Source of the DNA: Antedon mediterranea
Lineage: Eukaryota > Animalia > Echinodermata
Assembly (NCBI RefSeq): GCF_964355755.1
Contig: NC_092675.1
Span: 553,812-617,811, forward strand
Reading direction: 5' to 3'
DNA length: 64,000 nt
Below are positions 38,883 to 50,910 of this stretch, piece after piece; the stretch's first letter is position 1; each line of letters opens with the position of its first letter. The notes under the pieces were generated by a model. It searched no databases. It was not told the DNA's origin and worked only from the letters and a program-made list of their open reading frames with translations. The position numbers and the translations under genes are program-made.

Positions 38883-40850
38883 TAAGGGTTAAACTAAGCA
38901 ATCGATTTGTATGAGCATGGTGGAATTAGATTTAGAGATTCCACCATGGTATGAGTAACTGTGTAATCTGTTACTCTACATAATGACAAGTAGGTGGTAA
39001 GGAAATAACAGTATTCCAGTAATCCTACTGCAGGTCCCTGTAACTCACTATTGAATTAAAACAAAATCTTGGTAATTTTGGTCATTTTTTTACCTATTTT
39101 CTAAAAATGCATAATATAATAATAGAATAAAATATAACTATAAAATATTTTCTCAATTTTGCAATTTAATTTTGCCGATAAAATAGATTATTTACTCGCA
39201 CACACAACTGATGCGAAATTGGGAATACAAGGCAGGCAGGCTTTAATGGTAATAAACAGAGAGACTGATACTGGTAATAAAAAATACATTAGTATGTGTA
39301 TAATAATGTTCCACTTACATTTCTATGTTGCAACTCATAAACTACTATTTCTATATAAAACATTTGACATGTTAATGCACATATTTGTCATATTTTTTAA
39401 TAAATGAAAAAAAATGTTTAATTAAAACCTCTATATAACTAATTTCCAACATATAACTCAATTTCATATAAAATAAGTTTTTTTTCAACATTTTTGGTTC
39501 TAAACACTGTGACCTACTGTTAAGAATCGTACTATTGACAGAAAACATGTAAATTCATTAATATCTAATATGAATATTCATTAGTTATGAACAATCATTA
39601 TAATATATTAAATGAATATTCAATATTTTCTAAATAACGAATGAATATTCATTTCAACTTTAATAGGGAAAATAAATGTAATGTGCATAAGATCTATTAT
39701 TATAATTTGTACCAATGACCATGACAGAACTCTCAATATAATTTGTTATAGGAAACATGAATATTCATTATATTCTAATTTGAATATATAATATATGAAT
39801 ATTCAACTTTTGCTAGGTAATGAATATTCATTTTAACTTTAATTAGGAAAATAAATGTAATCTAATATACAATATGAATATTAATTCATAATGATAATGT
39901 TGAAAATAATATGATACTCATTATAAACTCATAACAAATATTCATAATAAATATTTTTATCATCATTTATAAATTATAGTTAATCTTTTTTAAATCTCTT
40001 TTCAAATAAACGTCTATATATAACACAGAACACGGTTTAAAACCAAACATTTGCAAACAATTATACATTTTATATGTTGATGGGAAAATCGGTGAGGAAA
40101 CAAAATAATTATTTAATTAAACTGTGTTTTTTTTTGCCTTTGTTTACAAATGCAAACCTAGAGACAAATGCTAAGTAATAATTACAAGAATTCAAAATAT
40201 CATTGAATTTAGAAATTCGGATAATAGTATTGAGCATTAAAGGTCCTTCCTACTATCCATATTAATATTTTTTTTATATTTTTGGTTTGTTATTGACTAA
40301 AGTCTCCCCTCAGTTGCATGCGCATCTAAACTCAACTTAAGTAAAATGTTTTTAAGCTACAGCTGACTGAGTATGGAAATATTAACTATGGTAAAAGGTA
40401 TCTCAAATTATCGGATATTTTGTATAACTTACAATTATTTAAAAATTACTTTGAAAATACTATTAAAAACAGGAATGGCTGCAATCACATGTTTAGGTAT
40501 CAATGCCACAAATAATGAATCTATTTCTCACACATTTCTCGCATACAACAATGAACTGCATTTTCTTTTCTCTCACACACACCTTCCTTTTTTTCAATTT
40601 ATACTATATACAATATAATACAGACATGCTACTAGCATACTTTATGACTATGTATTGCTACTCCCCAATCTGGCCTCTTGTTGTCCTTAGATGACCTGGA
40701 CTGTTTGCTTGCTCAGACCAAGACCAACATCTGCCTAGGCCTAGAACTATTAATATTTACTAAAACTCTTTATTGCAGCCTATCACTGCTCGCAGAGTAT
40801 GAGCGCTGTTTGCCTAGGCATAGTAACTACCAATTGCTGAGACCTGGAGC

Positions 40851-43800
40851 CTATTGTTGTTTGCAGTTGCCACTGAGTTTTCTTGACCGAGACAGCTTCT
40901 TCTTCGGTTCTTTTACCTGCGGGACTGCAGGTTCCTCTTCAGGTACCTTGTCCTCCACTGTAAGTGTAATGATACATATTATTGAGTAGCAAGGAAAGAA
41001 TCTACACTACTAAATATTTATTAATTAATTACCAGATATTTAGAGCCATTGACATTTGACCTGGTATTTATGCAGCTAAAATGAATCAACTAAAACAAAA
41101 TATAATGAGCTTTCCAAGTGAGAACACAAACTGAATGGCTACTTCCTGTCTTTCACAAATGTTCCAGCATGGTTTTGGGCCGGCACCAGCAAATCGGACG
41201 TCAATGTTTCGTTTTTACCAGGCTATACGTGAGCATTGACGTGTCTGAACAGTTGACCATATTTTTTAACAGTGCACACAATATTATTAATGTAAAGTAC
41301 TCGCTTACCTTGATCAACATGTGAAGTTCTATACGGACCTGCATGAGTAAACTGGACAATCTTGCTATCTTCGTAATAAATTTCTTCTTCCATACTCTCT
41401 TCGGACTCACAGGGGTTGTGGAGATTTTCCAAATAGGGGACAACCGTCATACTCCTCAGGGGGTCATTTGATTCATGCAAGGGTCCTAGACATACTTCAG
41501 CACCATCTTTTGGGTGTTTCTTCAACACCCATCTAGTTACAAAAAAAGTCTCTGTATAAGTATAGGTAGAATAGGCATAGGAATTCAATAATAACCATGT
41601 CATAGTAAAACCCTGGTAAATTTACACATACGAGCAGTAGCAATCTCATTGTCTTTTCATTGGTCTTCTACACACAAATTATATAATAACAGGTAGTTTG
41701 CCAGAGAGCTATCTTGGCAGGGGCTACACTCTGTGACTGCCAAGGCCTGTATCCTACAGCACTCCATACAAAATAATAAACAATATTATATTGAAAAATA
41801 ATATTCAATACTTACGGATGTTGCTTTATCCTATCAAGAGGAAACCTGTCATCTGGATCTTTTTCTAACATTCCTATGATAAAAGGTAAAGGTTATCGTT
41901 TCAAGCTAAAATTATGGTTGAGTGCAATGGACAGAATATTTTAAGTTGAAAGATGGATTTGGACATTTATCTGTTTCATAACACACATATTATTCGAATA
42001 AACTTTATTTCTAATTCACAGTTTTGATCTTGAATAGAATGTCAAGGCTGTGGAATAGAGCCAATATAGACTGCACACTCTGGTTTTTGATTAGATTAGA
42101 TTAGATTTTTGGATAAATGTTTAGAAAAATCCCAACATACACCCTATCATGAGGATGAACCTAAATAATACACAGCATGTGATACGTAATCAACTAATCA
42201 GGTGTAGGTGTGTTATAAGTATTCATTAAAAACAGTGTATTTATTAACTACTTGACCTACCATTTAATAGAGTGGTCAGTGGTTGTCCAGTGTCTGCAGG
42301 AACAGTGAAATTCCCTTTCCCAATATTTTCAAATAGTTTATAGATATTGTCACCAGCGAATGGATACTGACCAGTCGTAATATTGAACCTGTGAGAAAAA
42401 AAAAAGTGGTCAGTTTTGGTCATCTGTTGGTGACAGAATAGGCAATACAATGCTAGCTACATTTTGTATTTAACTGAACTAGAAATGGCCCTTTTATTAG
42501 AGGCATTTTCCGTTGTACGATTGCAATAACCACAAGATTTTTTCTTAAGAAATAGTGTCTTTAATATAGAATTTGATTTCATTTGTAAAAAATATAATTG
42601 AAGCATTGCATGTCATTAAAAGTTTTTTATTTTGAGTATCCATTTCTTATTTTACATAGTTTTACTGTACAAAAATTTTTAACAAAAGCTCATTGTAAAT
42701 TAAAACAAATGATTTTGGGAATAAATGTTGAACTTGACTATATAGGTAATTCTTAACACACATTACTTTTGTTAAGATTTGTAAACATATACATTGGTAT
42801 TCATTAAAGGCAGCAGTAAATACAAAATGCAAAAACATTTTAAAACATCTTTAAATTGGAACATTAGGGTTTCCTAAAATTACGGGGCTCTTAATAAACC
42901 ATACTTTAAAGTCAAAAGAACCTGTTAACCATCTTAAACTGGCATATATACTTTCTTCAAATTGTCGTTAGTTGAAAATAAACTTAAAACTTAAAACGGA
43001 CACAGTGTAGTTTGTGGAAGAACATAAAAAATGTTAGGGATATGCTTACAATGTGATTCCAGATGACCAGATATCTACTTTAAATCCAGAGAAAAACTCA
43101 TTGCCATTTGCAATCTCTGGTGGTTGAAAAGCAGGGGATCCCTGACTGGTGCGACATGTATCATCCTTAGTAAACTGGTCTAAGGCCTACAAAAGTAACA
43201 CATTATGTGAATGTACAGTATGGAAATTCAAATAAGCAGATCACAATCACTATTAGGAGAATATTCAACTCTATCAAACTAGAAATTTCAATTGTACCAC
43301 ACACAAGTTATTTGCAATTTGCAAGTCTTTTGTCCAAAAAGACTGTATAAGGAAATAAAAGCAGAAAAACAAACTATTAAGCAAAATATAAATTGCATAA
43401 TAGTTTCTTTATTTTTCTTTGATATGTATAATAAAGCCTGGTATTTATTTCCGAGAAGGCATTTCCACATAAATATTTTTACATATAGTCTATTATTTAT
43501 TTTATATACATAAAACATGTTTATAAACAAAATTACATTATATTATATTTTATAAATAATAACTTACTTCAGCCACACCAAAATCAGTTATTTTCAAGGT
43601 TCCGTCGGTGGTCAACAAAAGATTGCCTGGTTTTATATCTTTGTGAATTATACCCCTGCTATGTAAATAGTCTAGTCCATCAACTAACTGTACAAAATAC
43701 CTGAATGAATAATAATACAGATAGGTTAAAATTCTAATATGCATGTATTCTTGGTTATTTAAAACACTGTCACTTTATTTTAAATATACTTAATTAGGAT

Positions 43801-46800
43801 AATGGTGATTAGAAATAAGTGCATTAATGAAGGATGACAATTCAAAACCATAAGAAAATTATTATGTAGTACAGCACTGATAATATCTAATGTTCACTTT
43901 AGTACAGGTTCAAAGCCCTGTCTACACTATCAAACTTTATGTGACAACAAAATGTTATGTGCCCATATATGGATATGTCATATACACTACCATATTTGAT
44001 CATATCACTACCATATTTGGGCACATCACACTTTTTTTTGTGATGATGATGACGAAAACACTGATAATAATAAGATGATGATGATGTTCCTGTAATGGTG
44101 TTGTTGATCTTGATATTGATGGAGATAATACTAATGATAGGCTACAACAAGTTAAAGAAGGGAAGCAAGATCTTACAGTACTTTGAAAAGAATGCAGGAA
44201 AGGCCTTAATCATTAATGAAATGGCCTGTCACACCAAAATCGGTCCGGCGGACCAGTTTTGGCTGCCAAAATCAGTCCGGGGGACCATTTATGGCTGCCA
44301 AACCTGTCCGGCCGGACCAATTTTGGCCGCCAAAACTGGTCCGGCCTGGATAAAATCGGTCCGGGCAGTAGGACTGTTTTTGGCCGCCAAATATGGTCCG
44401 GTCTTATAAATATATGGTGCGCAAAATGAGTCATAATGTATATATCATTAACACTTTCACCGCCAAAGACGGAAATCTCCGTCTTTCGATGCCCAGCGCC
44501 AGACCGCCAAAGACGGAAATTTCCATCTTTGGCTTTTTATTGCACAATTTGTTAGATCATGTATATATGGACCGCATATAGAAATTTCAACATCCAAATC
44601 GACCTGGACCGCATATATTTTGATACTTTATTAACCCCTAGTGCCATTGACCTAGCTGGCCTACATCGCGTCCTATCCGTAAACAACATAATGTGCTTTA
44701 CTGCAGAGGAAGCAATTGCAGAAATATTTGCCGACTCTGACTCTGAAAATGAGTATTTATTATCCCCAGATGATGAAGGTATATTTGTACCTAAATCTGG
44801 TTTATAAAATGTAATAAATAATTGGAGATAATTTAGCTAGCCTGGCTTAGACTAGTTTGTAGAATAGGTTGAGAAACGTGACACTGACAGACGGTGCAGC
44901 CAGGCTAAAAACCTCATTATCTCTGCTTTGTTCTCCGATTGAGCCTAAAGTGCTAAAAGTGAGCCAAGTTCTTTGTACAATTATGTGGTATTACAGTTTT
45001 ATTTCAATAAAGTGTTTGGTACCATTGGAAAGTTTATTTCTATCTCATTATTTGAGTGTATATTGCATGTTATTCTGATTACAAACACCTTTGCTATGAG
45101 CTTTGAAAAACAGGTAAATTTATCTAAAATGGCTGGCGGTGAGGGGTACTTCCTTTATTGAATGCCTGGCGGTGAAAGTGTTAAAAAAAAGGCCATGATT
45201 AGTCATTATATTGAAAACTACGGGGTTTTATTTGTTACTTTAATATTATAAATTAAGCCTGTTTTTTTTATTATCATTATTAGTAGTAACTCATCAATAA
45301 TTAGTACTAATTGTTAGGCTTTTTGTATACAATACATACTGTATGTATCTCTGCCGGTTTTTAATCCATTTTGTTCTTTTTTAACATCTTCGTTTCCCCA
45401 TGATGTTAAAAACCATTTAATTTATTAATTATTTATGGTTAATCAATCAATATATCAATTCAATACAATTATTATAAAATAATTTTCCAATATTGATTGG
45501 GCTGAGGAAGGAAAAAGGCCTCAATCATAAATAAAATCTAGCTGGCAATATCAGCGTCTCATACCTGTTCGTGTGAGTGTGTGGCAGGCTGAAATATGAG
45601 TGAACACCTAAGTCATGTTTTTAGATAAGATACATTTATTTATAGCATTTATCCGACAAGATAACTTACTAATATATATCATGGGATATTTTTCTAGCCA
45701 CAAACAACTTAAAACAGCATCATAGGCCTAGTAATTCAATTAAAATCGACAGAAGAAAAGTCCGGACCGATTTTGGCAGTGGCGGACTGCTTTTGGCCAC
45801 AATTTTAGAGCCAAAACTGGCCGGACCGATTTTGGCCCCGGACCATATTTATCGTGACAGGCCATTCTCACCAGCAAAGTTACATTAAAAAACAATATCT
45901 TACTCACCCATGTGCCTGCCATATAGGTAACCTCTTATTACCTGAACTTTCCAAAAGTTCTTGAATGTTACCTACACAATATTCCATAACTATATACGTA
46001 TAAATTATTAAAGAAAAAACAACACAAAATATTACTGAACTGTCATCTAGAACAGGGCTAGATTTAATTATTGCAGAGTATAGATTCTAGATATCAACTT
46101 GTCAGCCTACTATTACTGTCAAGATGCAGTATAGTAGAGAACCCCTTTTGGACCCAAAAAATGCACTATGAATAGGGGTTGGTCAATACATAAATTTCTC
46201 CTTGTTCGTTTAATGGAAAGGTGTCCTCTTAATAAATAATAGAGGTTTCGCCGGAATACTAAAGAGATAACATAAAGAATAGGTTTTACTGTACCAAACT
46301 AGATGACATTACTAATAATTTTGTATAGATTTCACAATTAAAATTATTGGTGATGACAAAATGAAACCAGCCCTAAAGCAACGGAAACATTGAGAAAAAA
46401 ATGTTTAAATGCTATATTCAGTAAAGTTTATATGTATAAATGCTATATTCAGTAAAGTTTATATGTATAAATGCTATATTCAGTAAAGTTTATATGTATA
46501 AATGCTATATTCAGTAAAGTTTATATGTATAAATGCTATATTCAGTAAAGTTTATATGTATAAATGCTATATTCAGTAAAGTTTATATGTATAAAATTGT
46601 AATATGTTTATAACCTTGTCATTTTACAAAATGCATTATGAGACGGTTGTTGTAAATTGTACAAGCTTACCAGTCGTAGACATGATAATGGGATATATCT
46701 AAAGAATTATCATTTTATTGGCTTCCCAATATCTGGCAGCAAATGTTGCTACTATAATTGTTATAGATTTGCAGATGGGATTAGGGTGGGAGGCAATTAA

Positions 46801-48749
46801 CGTGACAAAAGTGGAAACGATTTCTGCAAGATATACAGTACTAGTACACGGCAATAAATATTTGTTTTACTCAGTATAAAAAACATGCGTGTTTAGTGCT
46901 TTTAATAAATCAACAATTTATTCAATATACCATGATACAATTGAGTATAGTCCCAGGTTACAAAATTTGGTAAAAATTGCAGGGCTGAGATTATATTACT
47001 TGATTGCGTTAATAATAGATTTACCAAAGATTTAGAGTATGTTCAAATTCATCCTATATTAGAGAGGGATTAATACTCGTACGATAAAGAGGAAACTTAG
47101 TAGTATACATTACAAGCATGAAATCAATAGTAGTGGAGGCTAAATAATAATAAACATGTTTAGTGTAGCATGGATCAATTTTTCTCCATTGTAATAGTGG
47201 ATTATTAGTAATAAAGATTTATGAATACCGTTCCATACAAAAGCGTACTATTGCAAAACATGTGACCCATATTCGTCCAATCAAATGAAAGGAATTTATT
47301 TAGGTTTTACATAATATAATATTATATATTGTATGGAAAAGCTTTCAGGTTTGATCCCGGTTAAGAATCTTTTGATAAAATATAGTAAAATTGGATACAA
47401 ATATACTGTATAACGATTAGAATAGTATTGTAGGGAGGGTAAGGTGACGTGGAAAGGAACTGGCTACCCTACACATTATGCCCAGCCTTACAGCTCACTC
47501 CCATACTCAGAATGAATACGAAACTGGCTACCCTACACATTATGCCCAGCCTTACAGCTTCCTCCCATACTCAGAATGAATATGAAACTGGCTACCCTAC
47601 ACATTGGGCCCAGCCTTACAGCTCCCTCCCATACTCAGAATGAATACAAAACTGGTTACCCTACACATTATGCCCAGCCTATACAGCTTCCTCCCATACT
47701 CAGAATGAATACGAAACTGGTTACCCTACACATTATGCCCAGCCTTACAGCTCACTCCCATACTCAGAATGAATACGAAACTGGCTACCCTACACATTAT
47801 GCCCAGCCTTACAGCTCACTCCCATACTCAGAATGAATACGAAACTGGCTACCCTACACATTATGCCCAGCCTTACAGCTTCCTCCCATACTCAGAATGA
47901 ATACGAAACTGGCTACCCTACACATTGTGCCCAGCCTTACAGCTCCCTCCCATACTCAGAATGAATACAAAACTGGTTACCCTACACATTATGCCCAGCC
48001 TATACAGCTTCCTCCCATACTCAGAATGAATACGAAACTGGCTACCCTACGCATTATGCCCAGCCTTACAGCTCCCTCCCATACTCAGAATGAATACGAA
48101 ACTGGCTACCCTACACATTATGCCCAGCCTTACAGTTCCCTCCCATACTCAGAATGAATACGAAACTGGCTACCCTACACAATATGCCCAGCCTTACAGC
48201 TCCCTCCCATACTCAGAATGAATACGAAACTGGCTAGCCTACACATTATGCCCAGCCTTATAGCTCCCTCCCATACTCAGAATGAATACGAAACTGGCTA
48301 CCCTACGCATTATGCCCAGCCTTACAGCTTCCTCCCATACTCAGAATGAATACGAAACTGGCTACCCTACACATTATGCCCAGCCTTACAGCTCCCTCCC
48401 ATACTCAGAATGAATACGAAACTGGCTACCCTACATATTATACCCAGCCTTACAGCTCCCTCCCATACTCAGAATGAATACGAAACTGGCTACCCTACGC
48501 ATTATGCCCAGCCTTACAGCTCACTCCCATACTCAGAATGAATATGGTACTCTCTGCTTGAATACATAAAGATTTGAAATCTAACTCACTACATATAATG
48601 TGATAAATGTTACACTTTACCGTCCCACAGTAAAATTTATTAATAATAAAGCAGTAAAAGGATATATTTTTTGTTTTTCCTCATTGTGAAGAACATCTAC
48701 TAGGTGGATAACGTTTATATGGTGCAACCGACGTAGTAATTTGATTTCT
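40851..48749 (-). CDS. STK11: Serine/threonine kinase STK11/LKB1, exons 2-9 (5' partial)
   Basis: Exons 48749-48666, 45997-45908, 43700-43568, 43186-43050, 42388-42261, 41873-41816, 41532-41309, 40957-40851. Motifs [103 protein letters not shown], and C-terminal [10 protein letters not shown] (CAAX). Confidence 0.96.
43914..44040. mobile_element. MITE family A truncated copy (other partial copies at ~27832-27924 and ~36692-36772)
   Basis: agccctgtctacactatcaaactttatgtgac...catatcactaccatatttgggcacatcacac. Confidence 0.75.
44221..45866. mobile_element. Non-autonomous TIR DNA transposon with subterminal ccaaaatcggtccgg repeats, in STK11 intron 3
   Basis: Left atggcctgtcac followed by repeated ccaaaa(t/c)cggtccgg/ggaccagttttggc to ~44405. 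Right end (from ~45760) has the same motifs inverted, ending gtgacaggccat. GC-rich relative to flanks. Confidence 0.75.
44452..45180 (+). mobile_element. piggyBac internal-deletion derivative (729 bp), nested in the previous element
   Basis: TTAA|cactttcaccgcca ... tggcggtgaaagtg|TTAA: perfect 14-bp TIRs with TTAA TSD. Retains [19 protein letters not shown], typical of the acidic N-terminus of piggyBac/PGBD transposases. Confidence 0.88.
46426..46594. repeat. 31-bp tandem repeat, ~5.4 copies
   Basis: (taaatgctatattcagtaaagtttatatgta)n. Confidence 0.95.
47457..48544. repeat. 64-bp minisatellite, ~17 copies, inside the U12 intron
   Basis: gaaactggctaccctacacattatgcccagccttacagctccctcccatactcagaatgaatac; explains the repetitive ORFs at 47449-48157. 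Confidence 0.95.
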
Positions 48750-49405
48750 CTGTAAAAAAAAACACAAAAACAAATAGATGAATACATAATACTAATAATA
48801 ACAATAATGTTCAATTTATATAGCGCAAAATGCATGGTGTATCTATTAAGCACTAAACAATCAATAACAATGTAAAAAGCACAAAAATACATAGTACTCC
48901 ATGCTAAATTATTAAACAATAAGAATGTGTATTGAATGTAATGGTAACCATTGTTTACTCCCATTGCTGGAACTACTCCAAGAGGAAAGGGAAATAACAC
49001 TTAGTATTACTACTAAGATTCCATGGAAATTGGCTGCCTTTCCCATTACGAATCACAGTATTATTTACTGTTATGAATTTCAGTATGTATGAATGGAATG
49101 TAATTTTAATGTAATGCTAGTCACTCGATCATATTTTAAATTACCGTTAGCAGCAAATATTTATGTACAGCATGCTACTCTTCAAACATACAGTAAACCT
49201 AACAATCAGGGAGGAGGAAAAGTAATGATTTTTATGGAATAAAGTTAACTTTATTTGTCTCCAGAATATTTGTCATTGTTACTTGCCTTGTTTTGCAGCA
49301 TTTGAAGATTTTAGACAAATATGTTTGTTATTATTTATTTATTTATTATACTGGGCGACCACCTCTGTTAAAAACTGGTCTCCCAGAGGAACTAGTTATT
49401 GTAGA

Positions 49406-49560
49406 TTCTTTAAAGTGTACATGAGCTACGGTTTATAGTCCTTATCTGAGAAGACTCGTTCTACCACCAGAATGATGGAGCGAGCGAGCCTCCAAACCTT
49501 GTGGATGGTATGGCTACGTAATTACGGTTCCACTCTCTTAACTGCTCGGCCACCGACTCA
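49406..49560 (-). mobile_element. SINE family C copy
   Basis: Reverse complement of the 24488 element (gtggccgagcagttaagag...ggtggtagaacgagtcttctcagataaggactataaaccgtag...tttaaagaa). Confidence 0.7.
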
Positions 49561-50665
49561 CTCACCCACTATTATTTTTAAACCGCTACCAAAGTTTTAG
49601 ACTTATTTCTGGTATTATGTATAAGGATCCTAACTTCAGACTACTGTTTAGTGTATAGTGCCATGGCCTTGCAATGTGAAAAATAAACAGGTTTTGCTAA
49701 ACAGTGTAAATAAATTACCTCCATTTCCTTAGCAACTTCCAAATAAATTACAAAATAACTATTATACAAATATTATGCAACCGGTATAATTTCAACAATT
49801 CATGATTGTATAATATTTTTAACTTTAAATACAAAAAAATGTTATTGAGCAGTATTGTCCATATTAGGGAGAGGTATATACCCCAGGATGGGCTTATACA
49901 CAGCCAGTATATCATGCAGACAACCCAGTACAATGTTTCAATAGACTATTTGCCTTTACACTTGAATTTATAAAATTTATTTTATTAACGATTTTTCAGC
50001 ACAAATTTTCAAATGATATAGAATTAAATCATTGAATAAACACATACTATATTATTATAAAATCATATAATCTGTAAAGGCCAGAGAAAAATAAAATCTT
50101 ACGATTGATATGCCTACATATTCACCAATTTAATAAAAAACATGTAATATTATGCATTAATTCATTTAATATGTCACACTCCTCCTCACAGAGAACATTA
50201 CGTGACCATCATTTTTGCCATTAATATAATCATATTCAACGTCATCAACCGATTGCTGACCAGTGAGAACTACCAGCTTGCTACGATAACTTTACAATCA
50301 CAGTTCACAGCAGCTCACTAACAACTTAACCAACAAATATTTTGACACAAAAACAAATTGTTTATTATGAAAAATTGTTATGTGAACATAGTATAGCTAC
50401 GGTAATTGCGAACAAAAATTCTCCCGGCGCTAAACTAAATTATGTTTTGTAAATTAATTCTTGTTCTGTTGATTGATTACAAAGTAAGGACTGGTTGTGT
50501 TTCTAGATGACCATGAAAGACTGTAGAATCTATAATTACAACCTGATTACTTCTATCTCCAATGATAATCAAAAATAAACTAATGATTTCCAATGGTCAT
50601 CATCTCCAAAAACACACTTCATCTTGACACTAAACTCATAAATACATACATTACAATTTAACATC

Positions 50666-50910
50666 AGCAAGGGTTCGAGCCTCACTCACTCCATGGTTCT
50701 GGTGGTAGAACGAGTCTTCTCTAATTTAAGGACTTTGTACTGTACAGTAGGTCTAGTGTACACATCTAGCTCTTTAAAGAACCTAGTACATCTATCGAGA
50801 TAAGTAGGGGTTACCCCAATGTACTACTAGCACACACACAGCCATTGCCACTCACAGCCACTGATCATAACTGGGCCCTCAGAGCACCCAGTATAAAGAA
50901 TAAATAATAA
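50666..50910 (+). mobile_element. SINE family C copy with 3' tail
   Basis: ggttcgagcc B box ... taaagaacctagtacatctatcgagataagtaggggttacccc ... aataaataataata tail. Confidence 0.72.

Larger units (their letters stand above)
45998..48665 (-). other. U12-type (minor spliceosome) AT-AC intron 2 of STK11
   Basis: 5' splice site ATATCCTTTT at 48665; branch-like TTCTTTAAT at 46015-46007; 3' end ...TTTATAC at 45998. Splicing gives in-frame KQK-M-YIVMEYC. Confidence 0.92.

Noticed and set aside
47449-48157. Repetitive ORFs ([17 protein letters not shown])
   Set aside because: The 64-bp unit is not a multiple of three, so frames shift each unit; intronic minisatellite.
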